A stretch of DNA of 64,000 nucleotides from Eledone cirrhosa (Eukaryota): NCBI GenBank assembly GCA_964016885.1, contig OZ024740.1, forward strand, positions 322,586,001 to 322,650,000, in the 5' to 3' direction. The stretch's first letter is position 1, and each line of letters starts with the position of its first letter. The notes beneath the pieces were generated by a model. That model was given only the letters and a program-made list of their open reading frames with translations, did no database searches and was not told the DNA's origin. Below, piece after piece: positions 1 to 12,800 of this stretch. The position numbers and the translations under genes were made by a program.

Positions 1-845
1 GTTAAAAACTTTGTGGGTATTCACCAAGTCCATTGCCAGACGTCGGAGCTTCAATGAATCCATGCCCAGGGAAGCAAGGCGTTCAGAGTATGGTAGGTGT
101 CTGATGGAGGGTATTCGCTTGGTTGCACGTCTCTGAACAGTTTCCAGGAGGTCAATGTTCCGAGCAAGATAGGGGTTCCAGACTGATGATGCGAATTCCA
201 AGTGTGGTCGCACCATAGCTGTATACAGTTTTAAATAGATGGCTGGAGAGCGGCTAACAAAGGTCTTGCTGAGTGATGCCAAGACACCCTCGGCCTTCTT
301 GACAATCTTAGAGACATGCTTTGTCCAACGCAAATCGTTGCTGACAGTAATGCCCAGGTCACGTTCACAAGAGGACTTTTTGATGTCAGTGTTGTGGAGG
401 GAGTATGTGGACGCTGGATTTTTCCTTCCAAAATGCATGGTGGTACACTTGTCCACAGCCAGCTTCAGTTGCCAGTCTGTGATCCATTGCTGCATTGTGT
501 CCAGGTCTGATTGTAGGAAAGAGTTGTAAATTTCAGGATCAGTCCTTTTGATTTCAAGGTACAGCTTGATGTCATCTGCATATTTTAGTACCGTGGCATT
601 CTGTAAGTTGGCATCTATGTCATTAATATATGCCACAAACAAAAGAGGACCAAGAACAGATCCCTGTGGTACACCAGATGACATCTCATATGGTGAAGAA
701 TGCTGTCCTAGAACCGTGACTACTTCTTTTCGGCTGAGAATGAAGGATTTCAGCCAGTCGAAAAGATCATCCCTCACACCCATTGCAGAGAGTTTTGCCA
801 TAAGTCTTTTGTGTGGCACAGAATTAAAAGCCTTTTCCACTGGAC
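1..845 (-). mobile_element. CR1/L2/Jockey-group LINE reverse transcriptase fragment, in BUD23 intron 1
   Basis: Minus strand reads SGVPQGSVLGPLLFVAYIND...YADDIKLY and, further on, LYTAMVRPHLEFASSVWNPYLARNIDLLETVQRRATKRIPSIRHLPYSERLASLGM. These are typical CR1-group RT and C-terminal motifs. 5'-truncated and continues off the window edge. Confidence 0.85.
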
Positions 846-1112
846 TGACAGCTAATAGCAGTATCAATAATGGAAAACCAAAAGGAAACACTGTTTCCTT
901 GGTCCAATCTAACGATAGCCCCCTTTTAAGGCAACGAAAGGGTTAGGAGCAGAGCTATAGCGAGTTATTGAAGCACGTGTCTTCTGATATGAACAAACCT
1001 AATGTTGGACAAAGATATAACTTTCAGAAGACACTCATCGTTGTTTCTAATAAAACAGATATTTCAATGCTATAAAAAAACATCAAATGTATTTATTGAT
1101 GAAATAACTTAC

Positions 1113-1157
1113 AATTTCTGGTGGAGCTTGTCTCTCTGGTCGACCACTAGCTGCCAT
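1113..1157 (-). CDS. BUD23: Coding exon 1 of 18S rRNA (guanine-N7)-methyltransferase BUD23/WBSCR22; remaining exons lie left of the window
   Basis: Minus strand aacATG GCA GCT AGT GGT CGA CCA GAG AGA CAA GCT CCA CCA GAA ATT|gtaagt encodes MAASGRPERQAPPEI followed by a consensus phase-0 donor. This matches the conserved BUD23 N-terminal RPE-x-x-x-PPE motif (human MASRGRRPEHGGPPEL). Only 15 codons are visible. Confidence 0.85.
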
Positions 1158-1386
1158 GTTGATATTTTTATTTAAGAAAGTAAAGCTAGCAATTTCTAAA
1201 TATATTTTCTTTAATAAAACTTTATACTTTCATCAACATTCAAACAATAATAATCAAATGTCTTGTCTTAAAATGTGTTTTAATTATATATATACATAAT
1301 ATATATATAATATATATATTCCTTTGTTAAATTTATATGCATGTGATATATGTAGTTTCGGAGATAACTGCCAGCTGAGGTCACTT
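1158..1386. promoter_or_regulatory. Putative bidirectional promoter / 5' UTR interval between BUD23 and DNAJC30
   Basis: 229-bp AT-rich spacer between two divergent ATGs. No specific motif identified. Confidence 0.6.
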
Positions 1387-2268
1387 ATGATGGCCTTCGC
1401 AAATTCCCACATCTTGTACAGAACTTTTTTAATTTCTCATAAATTTAACGGCAAATCTGGTTTTCGGAGTATTTGTCCATCAAAGGCTCGATATTTTCAC
1501 CGAAGAAAGATTCTCCAGAATGGATTCTATTGCAGTAATTTACCACTGGAGTATTATGTAAGCACGAAAGAACACGTCTATGGTCTGTTAATTAGTAAAC
1601 AGAAATGTCCTTATAACACATGCTGCCTAACTAGGAGAAATATTTGGACTTATCAAAACAAACACACTACTACATTTAAACTGTCGTTAGATAATCAGAA
1701 ATGGAATTCTGTTCGGTTTTTAAATTCTCACGGTAAACGTGGTGGGCAAAAATTTGACAGAAAAAGCCGAAACCTGTTTGATATTTTAGAAGTAACTCCA
1801 AAGTCACACAAATCGGATATTAAGAAATCGTTTTACCGTTTGTCTAAACTATATCACCCAGACATGAATAAATCAGATGAGGCGGCTGTAAAGTTTGCGG
1901 AAATTTCTGCAGCTTACGAAGTACTGAAAGACCCGACAAAACGTCGGTTATATGAGAGAGGAATGGTAATTTCAAATGACAGACATGTACATCATCAGGA
2001 TATACATAAGAGTACATCTGTCAATGCTGAAGAATATTTCAATAGTCACATTAGTGAAAAATCACGGGTTAAGAGACGTGCTATAAGCCAAGATAATGAC
2101 TTTTGGTTCTATTATGCATCTATGAAGGACTCGAGGAAATATAGCCACGAAAATATTGACACTGTTTTAAAGTCATATAAGGAAGATGAACAATACAGAA
2201 AAAGGAAAGGATTTTTGGGTGGCACTTTTGTGTGTGCATTCTTATTGGCAGTTTTCTTAATGAAATAA
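1387..2268 (+). CDS. DNAJC30: Intronless DnaJ subfamily C member 30-like mitochondrial J-domain protein (293 aa from first in-frame ATG)
   Basis: Basic, Ser/Phe/Arg-rich N-terminus resembling a mitochondrial presequence. J-domain NLFDILEVTPKSHKSDIKKSFYRLSKLYHPDMN...KFAEISAAYEVLKDPTKRRLYERG with the HPD motif. Single C-terminal hydrophobic segment GFLGGTFVCAFLLAVFLMK. AATAAA near 2495. The ORF-track start at 1324 is TTG; the first ATG is 1387. Head-to-head position with BUD23 supports the DNAJC30 identity. Confidence 0.85.
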   Translation: MMAFANSHILYRTFLISHKFNGKSGFRSICPSKARYFHRRKILQNGFYCSNLPLEYYVSTKEHVYGLLISKQKCPYNTCCLTRRNIWTYQNKHTTTFKLSLDNQKWNSVRFLNSHGKRGGQKFDRKSRNLFDILEVTPKSHKSDIKKSFYRLSKLYHPDMNKSDEAAVKFAEISAAYEVLKDPTKRRLYERGMVISNDRHVHHQDIHKSTSVNAEEYFNSHISEKSRVKRRAISQDNDFWFYYASMKDSRKYSHENIDTVLKSYKEDEQYRKRKGFLGGTFVCAFLLAVFLMK

Positions 2269-2579
2269 CGAAAAGACTAAATAGAGAATCCGTTTCGAGA
2301 GAAAAATGAGTAAAATTTTTTTTTTCTAAAATGATTTTTGGATTTGTATAACCCGGTTTACTGGTTTGTTTATATAACTCGTGTTGACTTTGGCTACTAC
2401 TGTTTCGAAAGTTGCTGTCATAAAATTTTTTATCTGTTATAAATATGTTAATATTATTTTTATGCCATCCATCAAACTGTTATTTTTACTTCTAAATAAA
2501 TAATTTGTTTTTTTAAACTGAGGAGATAGCCCTAAGCCGGGAGCCAGGCAATTGTTATTGTTTTAAAGGATAAAGTTAA

Positions 2580-2825
2580 AGTCCGACCCAAGCCCGGTTG
2601 CTTAACTCGGTTCCATTTGTGTTAAGTGACTGAGAATATAAGACACTCCTCTGGACAGGACGCCAGTCCACTGCAGGTTTAAGCTAATGCTGCTGGTACT
2701 AATTTCCAATTGAGTGGAGTGAAGCAACGTAAAATAAAGTGTTTTAGTCAAGAACACAACACACCATCATGTCTAGGAATCGAACCCACGATATTACGAT
2801 CGTGAGCCCAACACAATAACCATTA
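2580..2825 (-). mobile_element. tRNA-derived SINE with CORE-like central domain (family B)
   Basis: Minus strand has the head GGTTATTGTGTTGGGCTCACGATCGTAATATCGTGGGTTCGATTCC (B box), then GTGTTGTGTTCTTGACTAAAACACTTTATTTTACGTTGCTTCACTCCACTCAA. Similar copies near 3940-4080, 12545-12790, 22620-22735, 25470-25740, 43140-43250, 55170-55490 and 56060-56385. Confidence 0.7.
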
Positions 2826-4205
2826 TATTATTTAGCCCCAATCTCGTCTTTTATGACATTTTCTTATACGTGTTCTTCCTTTTTTAATGAGTTAAAGACG
2901 ACGTGACTGCTATTCTCAGCAGGTTAAGCCAGGGCTTAAATGATCCCGTAGTAACATGCAAATAGTGATGACAATTGGTTAACTAAGGCGTGACATGAAC
3001 TCTCCTCGTAATTCACACACTGGAACTCAATACTACCGCATGTCATACCTTTAAATGTCAACATAACAAGGTTATGTCCCTTTAAATAATGTAGCTTTTA
3101 ATAAAGTCGTGTTTAGAAATAAATAAGTTTTCCCCGCTAATTTCTTATGTGCAGAAAAAAGGAGGCTATTTTACCGGTAAGAGTGTCAGACATCAGACTT
3201 TGCAGCCCTTTACGGTCTGAGTTCCACAAAGGGGATGACACAGGATCAGGTTGACTGGTAGCATACCATACTACAGAAGACCTACCTTTTCATGTATACT
3301 GGATGAAGTATGGAGAGGATGGTGAAGAAGCAGAGAAGTGGGACAACATAGTTCTACTCCTGTCAATTTGCACCAATCTCCTTCATCCCTACTCCTCACT
3401 ATCCATGTACCTTACTTTACTTGCCCAACTCTTTCCAGCATGTAAAGACAGCTTCCACATTTCTTAGCCCAGTCCAGCACACAAAGATGGACACACCTCT
3501 ATTTCCACAGCCAGGAATGCCACAACACACTCTGCCATAAATGCTTATATGAGGTTGAGGGCATCAGGTTACGAAAGTCATGCCAAAACAGCACATAAAC
3601 TAGTCATGGTTACCTGTCTAACCTAATCTTAGAGCGTGACAGCCTGTCTGGACCAGGTGAGCTTGGAAAAGAGGTTTAAATGATGTTGTCATCTGCCCCT
3701 ACCCCCTGGTTCGTTTCCTGTCCAACCTATGCACACATGGAAAGCCAGACTCCAATAAACTGCCATGCCCAACTCACTCTCGTCAAGGTTACTTGCTCTT
3801 CTACATTGGGATGAAAGTTTCTCTGAGGTACAAGTCCAGAAGTCACTCCTGCATACCAGTCTCCTCTCTCCATGCCACCAATGTTGTCCAAAGAAAAGGA
3901 AAAGGCTGAAACAGCTTGGCACTAGAGACATCGTAATTCATTTCTACAGCCGAGTGAACTGGAGCAACATGAAAAAGAATGTTTTGCTCAAGGACACAGT
4001 GCATTGACCAAGTCTGAGATTTGTACCCAACCTCATGATTGTGAATCCAACACTCTAATCTCTAAGCCACACACCTCCCACCTTCACTAACAACACAATA
4101 TATAAAAAGATAAACACTTCAAACACATTTTAATGCTGGGTGAAGATTTTAAGATTTATTTTCTCTTTATACAGAAAGATTGGCAAAGATAAAACAGTTT
4201 CCTCT

Positions 4206-4360
4206 TTAAAAATGTTTGTCAAACTCATAATCTGAGCCAGAGTTCATAGCTGCATCATCATCATCATCCTTACCAGCAGCAGTATCATCATCATTTCTTC
4301 CTTCCATATCAAACGTCAACAAACTGTCCATTTCATTAGACAAATTAGATGCTAACATAT
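4206..4360 (-). CDS. GNL3L: GNL3L terminal exon 17 ([12 protein letters not shown]...DYEFDKHF*)
   Basis: ttttcag acceptor; terminal DY(D/E)F..F motif of the family; minus-strand AATAAA at 4155-4160. Confidence 0.88.
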
Positions 4361-7300
4361 CTGAAAATAGACATATTACAGAATACAACATTATATACAG
4401 AATTACTTTACAGAATACAGCATATTATATTATCAGTGAATTTAACTTTGCCTTTCATCCTTACAGGGTCGATAAAATAAAGTTCCAGTAATACACTGGG
4501 TAATTGCTGGCCTTGTGCCAAAAGTAGAAACAATTATATTATCAGTGAATTGTTAGAGAACATAAATTAGACATCACACAGTCTAAACCAAAATTGGGGA
4601 GCCATTTCATGTTGCAAGGCCACATTAAGTTACTTGTAATATAAGGCCGCATTCAAGAAATCATAATTATATATTCTTAAAATTTTGATACTCACTGGTG
4701 CACTAAATCCCCACGAGTTTTCACCAACCAGCTTTGGGTGATAGTAGCTCCAGTCAAGCGAGAATTTAATGCACATTCTAGAATCGCATTAGAACTAAAA
4801 CATGAGCGCAGAAAGTGTTGAACTGGCCCTTATTATCTAATTTTTAAATGCTGGCTGTCTGTCAATGTGGATTATTTTGATGAATTTTCTTTTACTCTTT
4901 GGTATTTAAAATACATTCATCTTCATCATCATCATTTTACGTCTGCTTTTCCCTGCTTGCAAGAGTGGCACGGGTCTTATTCAGCACAGCATCTCTCCAC
5001 TTGTCACGGTCCTTCGTCATCTCCACCATGAGCTTCAATGATCTGTTCTCACCACCTCCGCCCATGTTTCTCGTGGTCTACCTCTACCACGTCTTCCTAC
5101 AACTGGCATTTCCTGGCACTTCTTCACCCATCGGTCATCCTCCATGCGCATCACATGTCCATACCACCTCAGTCTCCTCTCTCGCACACTACATTCTATC
5201 CCTCTCAGAAACGGTTTCTCTCTCAACACATTTATGCTGGGTCGTTCACCCACATTGACATTGCACATCCAACGGAGCATGCTTGCCTCATTTCTCTCCA
5301 GCCGTCGCATATCCTCTGCAGTTGCTGCCCATGTCTCACTACCATGCAGCATCGCGCTCCTTACACAGGCATCATATAACCAGCCTTTCGTACGCAGGGA
5401 GAAACCCTTCTTCATCAGCAGAGGAAGCAGCTCCCTAAACTTCTTCCAACCCGTCCTTATTCTAGATACTATGGCCTTGGAACACCCCCCACCCATGCTA
5501 ATCTGATCTCCTAGGTACCGGAAGTTATCCACGACTTCTATAGCACCCGCCTGCATTTGAAAAATGTGTCTATCAGTGCGACTTCTACTGTCTAATTTCC
5601 CTGTACATCTACTGCATACGTATTTCTCCCTACCTGTTAGTTTGCCTGCTATCCCACTACAGCTCTTGTGTACCCAGGATCTGCATTGTGAGCATTTTAT
5701 AGAATTTATGCCAGTTCCTTTCCTGCATATCGAACATGGCCATTTCCCTGACGGAATCAGAGTTTTGTCCTCTTTTGAACTCATCAGCACTTTTGTCTTA
5801 GCTAGATTTACTCTCAGTCCTCTTGCTTCCAATTGCTGTTTCCATAGCCAGAATTTATTCTCTAGCTCCTCTACTGATTCTGCTATAAGAACCAGATCGT
5901 CAGCATAGAGAAGTTCCCATGGACAGCCAGTCATAAACTCCTCTGTTATGGCTTGGAGGACTATAATGAACAAGAGCGGGCTGAGGACCGAACCTTCATG
6001 TACTCCTACTTGTATCTGGAATTCCTCACTAAACTCCAGTCCTACCCTGACTTTACTGACAGTATCTCTGTACAAAGTTTGCACTGTCCTCACAAGCCAT
6101 TCCTTAACACCTAGTTTCCTTAGTGACCACCAATGACAGATCGGGGTACCCTATCAAAGGCCTTCTCTAGGTCAACAAAGGCTAAGTATAGTGGCTTATT
6201 TTTCTCTAAGAACCTCTCTTGTAATTGTCTCACCAAGAAGAGGGCATCTGTTGTACTCTTCCCAGACACCAAACTGCATCTCATCTAGTTTGACCCTTTC
6301 TCTAATTAGTTGTGCTAATATCCTTTCTGCCACTTTCATAACCTGATCCATCAGTTTTATACCTCTATAATTGCTCCTCTCCAGAGCATCCCCTTTACCT
6401 TTGTAGCAATTTATGAGAATACTGCTACATCAGTCTTTGGGTATGACACCACCATATATAGCTTGATTGATGATGCATGCAACCAGTTTAGTGCCTATGT
6501 CCCCTGAAGCCGTCAGCATCTCAGCAACTATCCCCGATGGTCCAGCAGCCTTACCATTTTTCTTATCGTTTAAATTAAAATAAAGGGCTGATGCGGTATA
6601 AAAAGGTTAGTGTGAGCTTGTCTTGTCCATTTTCTTTCTTTTCTCCATTCTTCCTATCACTTCTATGGGCCAACAGACTTCTAGCCATTGAGGTAAATTT
6701 TACCCAATGTTGTCATTGACAGTATTTTGTCATTTTAACAGCTTCCTTGTGTTGAATTCTTCTCATTATTCTATGAATTCTAAAACACTCGCACTCAAAC
6801 TTTATATATTAATAAGAATTAAGAATTTGTTGGAAATTTTTGATTCTTTTAAAAGTCCACAGATTCCCCATCTCTGGTCTAAACACTTTATGATAATAAT
6901 AAACTTCACATTTTCAAATACTTACAATACTAAAACTTTCCATGATAATTTTATCTAAGAAATGTTTGATTAGTAATGTTCCAAACATCAGCTTACAAAT
7001 TACAGATTTAATTATTTTATTAATTTGTTCCAAATTTTGATTAGTTTCAAAATTAGAAATATGATAATAAAAGGGTTAACATTAAGGTTGGCATCACTGT
7101 TTTATTTTCAAGTTAAACACTGTAGCCTCACTAAGTTAGCAATTACATGGCACATATGGGGCAAGTCATCATTATCACCATTTTACATTCATTTTTCCAC
7201 ACTGGCATGATTTGGATGGAGTGACATAAGTTGAGACTAGACAGGTCAGATGGCCATGTCTTGCTCATATGTTCCAAGTGCCTTCTACTATTTATTACTT

Positions 7301-9834
7301 TGGACTGACCAATGCCTTGTGAGTAAAATTTTGGAAATGAAAACTGTACAGAAGCTCAATTAACTTGTTTATATATATCATCATCATCTCATCCCACGCT
7401 GGCATGGGTTAGATGAGTTATCCTGTTGTGAACAATGCCAGATCAGGTGACCATGTCTTGCTCGTACAAAACCGATTTTGGCTTGGTTTCTACAGCTGGA
7501 TGCCCTTCCTAGCAACCTCATTTACACTGAGTGCTGGGTGCTTTTTGTCACCAAGCATTGCTGAGCTGCATGATAAACACATCTAGTACATGTGGTAAAG
7601 TGTTTGGTGATAGGAAGGGCAATCAGCCACAGAATGCTTGTGAAACAAAGCATCAGGAGGACCCTTCAGTTTGGTTAAAGACACGACAATTTCTCTAGTG
7701 CTGGAATTATGATAAAATGCACTTGGTAGAATGTGGGACTGCATGTAAACAAGATGTGGACTCCCAGCCTGTCTGGGAGGTAACTACTCTTGAGTATTTA
7801 CTGACTTGATCTGTAAAGACATGTCCAATCTTTGATAGCTAGGAAAACTGAAGTTAAATGATGATGATGATGATTATCATCATTATCGTTTAATGTCTAT
7901 TTTCCACACTAGACGGGTTTGTCCCATTAGAGGCAAGTTGGGTTGGGTGACCGTGTCTTGCTCATATAGAACTTTTTCTGGCTGGTTTTCTACGACTGGA
8001 TGCCCTTCTTAACACCAACCACATTTACAGTGTGGGCGGGGTGTATATTGGATTAAGAGATGCCTACTGCATGTATGATATATATATATGTATATATGGG
8101 TTGGCATCAAGAAGGACATCCTGCTTTAAAATACTGCTACACGAAGTCTTGTCCAACCCATGCCAGCATGGAAATCCAGACACAAAACCAATGATAATCA
8201 TAACAGTGACTATTACAGTAACTAAACACCTGAATCATTACTTACCTGACTTTTTTCTTTGCTTCTTCATTTTCTTGAAATCTTCTTTCCGACTTTTATT
8301 CTTCTGTTCTATAATTGGCACATCTTTGTCTTTTTTGTTGCTACGAGTGGATGAGGTGGACGTGGCTAAACTGGTTGTTGAAGTAGCCAGGGAGCCACTT
8401 AAACACACTTGAGTGTTTTTCAGCTAAATGACGAAACAAACAGAAAATTTACTTATTACAAATACAAATTTATAACAAGACACTAATGAAAAGTACCATA
8501 TATACTTGAATATAAACCAAACCCCCTAAATTCTCACGAGTATAAAATATATTAACAAAGTTTTAATATTTTAATGTTTAAAATGTTTTAAGTGTTGTTT
8601 AGAGTATAGTTTTTGTTTCACAATGCCATTATGTAATGCTTTTTTTTAAAACAATTTTATCAATTTTTTTGTAATATTCCTCGGCTTCCAAGTCTATATA
8701 GTAAGTTGTATCACCACTACCACCACCAATGATTTTAACAACTAATACAATGAACTAAAAAGTATTTCCGTCATCGTCTTAATGATTGAATAAGTGAGCC
8801 CTTGCACCTAGTACACTCTGTAAAATGGTTGGAAAACAAATGGAGGCAATATAGGGTTGACAGAACCATTTTAGTTTCAGCAAGGATAGTGCTGGCACTA
8901 TGATAAGATGCACCCAGACTAAAATGTCCTCTCTACATTTCTCTATAGGTGTGCCTCCTCTATAATACATACTATATCTTGACATTTTTAGAAGAATTTT
9001 AAATCTGTAAATATGAAGAACTTTTCTTTTTATATTTAGTAGGTCTGAAGGAGGGGGTACTGTACACGGGCTTCACAGGCCTTCCAAGACCAGAGAGATC
9101 AATGCCTTTAATGCTCCGCTTAAAATGTTTTAAGTCCACTACTTTTAGAAAGTCATAAGCAGAGAGGGAGTTCCACAGGGCTAACATACTGAATATACGA
9201 TGGGGTGGGGTGATTGGACACCACACGTGTGTTGAGATTGTATTCAGACAGCACCACACTACCTCAGAGTCAGATGTCTCCTTTTCCTCCAAGTCTTCAT
9301 TCTCATCCATACTTTCAACATCTTCATCTTCTTCTTCAATGGATTCCTTTCCTCCGAGAAGTTGTTCTCTAGCCAGTGAATCAATAGCTGCCTCATCCAT
9401 TACACATGTAACAGGTTCTGATGCAGGGACAGAGATGAAGTTTTGATTCATTTGTTTTGAATCTGAAATAATAGAAAGACATGATGAAACACAGAACAAC
9501 AAAGAGAATATTAAGCAATGTCTTCATTAAAAGCTTAATCTTACTCATCATGGAATCTATTCAAAGATATGTTTTATGGCTAGATACCCTTTTAATTGTC
9601 TCTTCTGACACACAGAGATACAGTGTACGAGAGTGGGCTGAACAGTTCATACGATGACTATGAAGGAGTTATGTTATTTTGCATACATTCATTTTTACTC
9701 TTCTTATTGATAACTGCATTGATTCTTTTGAGGGACTATGTTAAAAAATAAACCTCATTTGGTCATTCCATGAGAGTATCTTGGTCAGCCTATGAACTTT
9801 TCAGCTGACCCTGTATCTAAACTGGATAGAAATG

Positions 9835-9866
<32 letters not shown>

Positions 9867-12800
9867 CATACACTAAACTAAAGTAGATGGCAATCACATG
9901 AAGACAATGCAAAATTTGAGTGCATTGCTGTTTGGCTGTGCATATGACAACCTAGTGCTGATGCTATGATAAAATGCACCAAGTACACTCTGTAAATGTT
10001 AGTGCTGGTGCCACAATAGAATGTACCCAGTACATCCTGTAAGCTGGTTGACATTAGGAAGGCCATCCAGAAACAATGTTAAAATATGAAAGGTATGAAC
10101 AAGATGAGGTCTCTCTGACCAGTCTAGTTTCAGACCGTGACACTCCCATCTAACACATGTCAGCATGGAAAGTGGATGTAAAATGATAATATATATCATG
10201 AGGCCTGCAAGGCTAACTCCTGCATTAACAAGGAAAATGGCCTTAAAATAATAATGAATATGTTTGATGGAAGTGATAGTAGAAGTTAGTTTATTATAAC
10301 AAAATATTGACATTACAAATGCATAAAATAGAGATAGTAGATGTTGCTAGTAAAACAAGTTCAACAAGCATTACTTACAACTTAAGATTTTAATTTCTTC
10401 ATCTTTAATAGCATCCAAATCAAAACATTTTCCCATTTCAGTAACAATTTCTGCACTGACATGTGAAGCAGAGTTCTCTGGTGGTTCTGTGAAATAGTTG
10501 ATACGACCACTGAAAATAAACAAATAAACTTTATCTTAGGTTTTTATCATGAAGGGAAGGACTGCTTCTACATTTAAAACTAATCATTTTACACATTATT
10601 CAGAGAGGAAAGTGCAGTGCCCACAACCCCTTCTTTTTTTTAGAGTGTCTAAAATTACTGCTAAGAAGTTCTTAAACTAAAAACATGCTCTGAATTGTTG
10701 CATCATCATCATCTTCGTTTAACGTCCACCTTCCACTCTAGCATCAGTGTAAACTCTGGTATATACTCCCAAGGACCAAGTGGTGAGAGAATGTCTACCA
10801 CTCAAGAATTCAGATTACAAAGAGCTGGAACAAATTATGAATTTATTTCTCTTTTGTATTGCTAAATTTGAACCTGTATATATCTTGCAAAATGTATATC
10901 AATAGACATCACCATTTAATAGTTGTTTTCCCTTCTAGCAAGAGTTGGATGGGTCTACACAAACTAAGTCAGTGTTTGGTTGGGGTACTAACCACTCAGA
11001 TGGGCCAGGGACTGCATCTCCCTTACATTACCACATTCTACAGAGTGTACTAGGTGAGTTTTATAACTGCAACAGTGTCAGAAAGGTCGTCATGATTTTG
11101 ATGAGACACAAGAAATGGTAAGGATGAATTAGATAAAAAAAAAATAAGTAAATATTAAAAATATAAAAACAAACCCATACAATGAATTAAAGATTCTTAC
11201 CTGTTCCAATGTTGTAGAATAACCTTAGCAGATTTGTTGATATTGGGAGTGCCCCCCTTTACAAAAAGACCCCATTTTCTAGCAACAATAGCAAGAAATT
11301 CCATGACATCATTATATTTTGGTATCTTGTAGTGCATCATGATCTGGAAAACAACATTGAATCTATCATTGGTACCTTGTATTTATTGTGTTATCATCAT
11401 CATTGTTTTAAAGTCTGCTTTCCCGCTAGCAAGGGTTGGATGGGTTTATATAGACCAAGTCAGTATTCAACTGGAGCTACTGATCTCCGAGACATGTTGC
11501 ACAAGAGAGGTTGTCATGTCTTTGACACACCTGAGGGTCTTCCCAAACCTTCGTTTTGGCAAGATTTCTACAACTGGACCACCTTCCTATCACAAACCAC
11601 TACGTAACATAAATGATACATTTGAAATTAAGAGAAAGAAAATTGTAATTTAATTCTTCTCCACTAAATATATATTTCACCTGAGCAACCACGTTATGTT
11701 ACACCTGTTTAAAACACGAGTGAGAACAAATCTACTCTTCACCTGAGAAATCATGTTAAAAGTAAATGTAGAGAGCATTTGGAGACTATTTGAAGTGGAG
11801 AGGCCCTTTTAGGTTGCAGTGAATGAGCTAGTTTTCTGAGTAGCGGTATGTCACAATGGAATACATTCAGTATCCACTCCCACCCTAAAACAGTGAGAGA
11901 ATCCTTGGCAACTGAACAGGGACAATATAAGGTAGAGAGGACTCTCCCGTTTGTGGAGTTTTATAGAATGAACTCAACCCACCTTAGGACACACTAAGGA
12001 AGTAGATTTGTCTCATCCATCAACAAATTCTCCCTATGTCTCTTTTAACTATATGCATGGTTCAGAGTTTTTGCTCACATATTGGATACAGTTTTGTGTA
12101 CATTAAGAACTTTCTCGAAATTCTGTTCATGTGATAGGTTATAAAAAGGGACTAAAATTTTAGATAACTTTTCTCTAGATTCTTTGGAATGAAACATGAT
12201 AAATATATTATTTCAGACACTAAGATCAATGTGTCACTGATACAAAGAATTATGCTCTGATAAGGCATTTATAATTTGGTTCTGCATATATATTCACATT
12301 TACATAAAAACATGCATACATCACATTAATTTGTTTTCTCTGTAATTAATAACGGATTGCACCTGTTAAGTCTTTTTTCTATGTCCTTATGTGATGTTAA
12401 TCTTATATAGGATAAATGAAAAAAATGGGATACTTTATTATAGGCACTTCTTGTTATTTAATAAACCATTTAGTTTTATGAATTATTTCTGCACATTTAT
12501 CACTACAATATGGCAACTTCTTTAGTGCTGGTGCCATGATAAAATAGTATGCGACCTAGTGGTAAGGGTTTTGGACTTATGATCATATCACAGATTTGAT
12601 TCCTGAACTGGGTTGTGTTGTGTTCTTGAACAAAACACTTCAATTCAGGTTGCTCCAGTATACTCAGCTGAAGATAAGTACCAACAGTAGCTGGGGGTTT
12701 AACCCTGCAATGGACTGACATCCTGACCAGGGGGAGGTCTTGTATTCTCAGTTGCTTCATGCTATGGAAACCGGGATAAGCTCCAGATGGATGAACCCCC

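Noticed and set aside
1324-1386. ORF-track start of the DnaJ ORF at 1324
   Set aside because: It is a TTG codon. Eukaryotic initiation is more plausible at ATG 1387 or 1390.
8999-9262. Read-through extension of the GNL3L exon 15 ORF as an alternative C-terminus
   Set aside because: A donor at 9262 joins in frame to exons 16-17, which carry the conserved family C-terminus. The extension resembles decayed LINE sequence (LWNSL...FKRSI).
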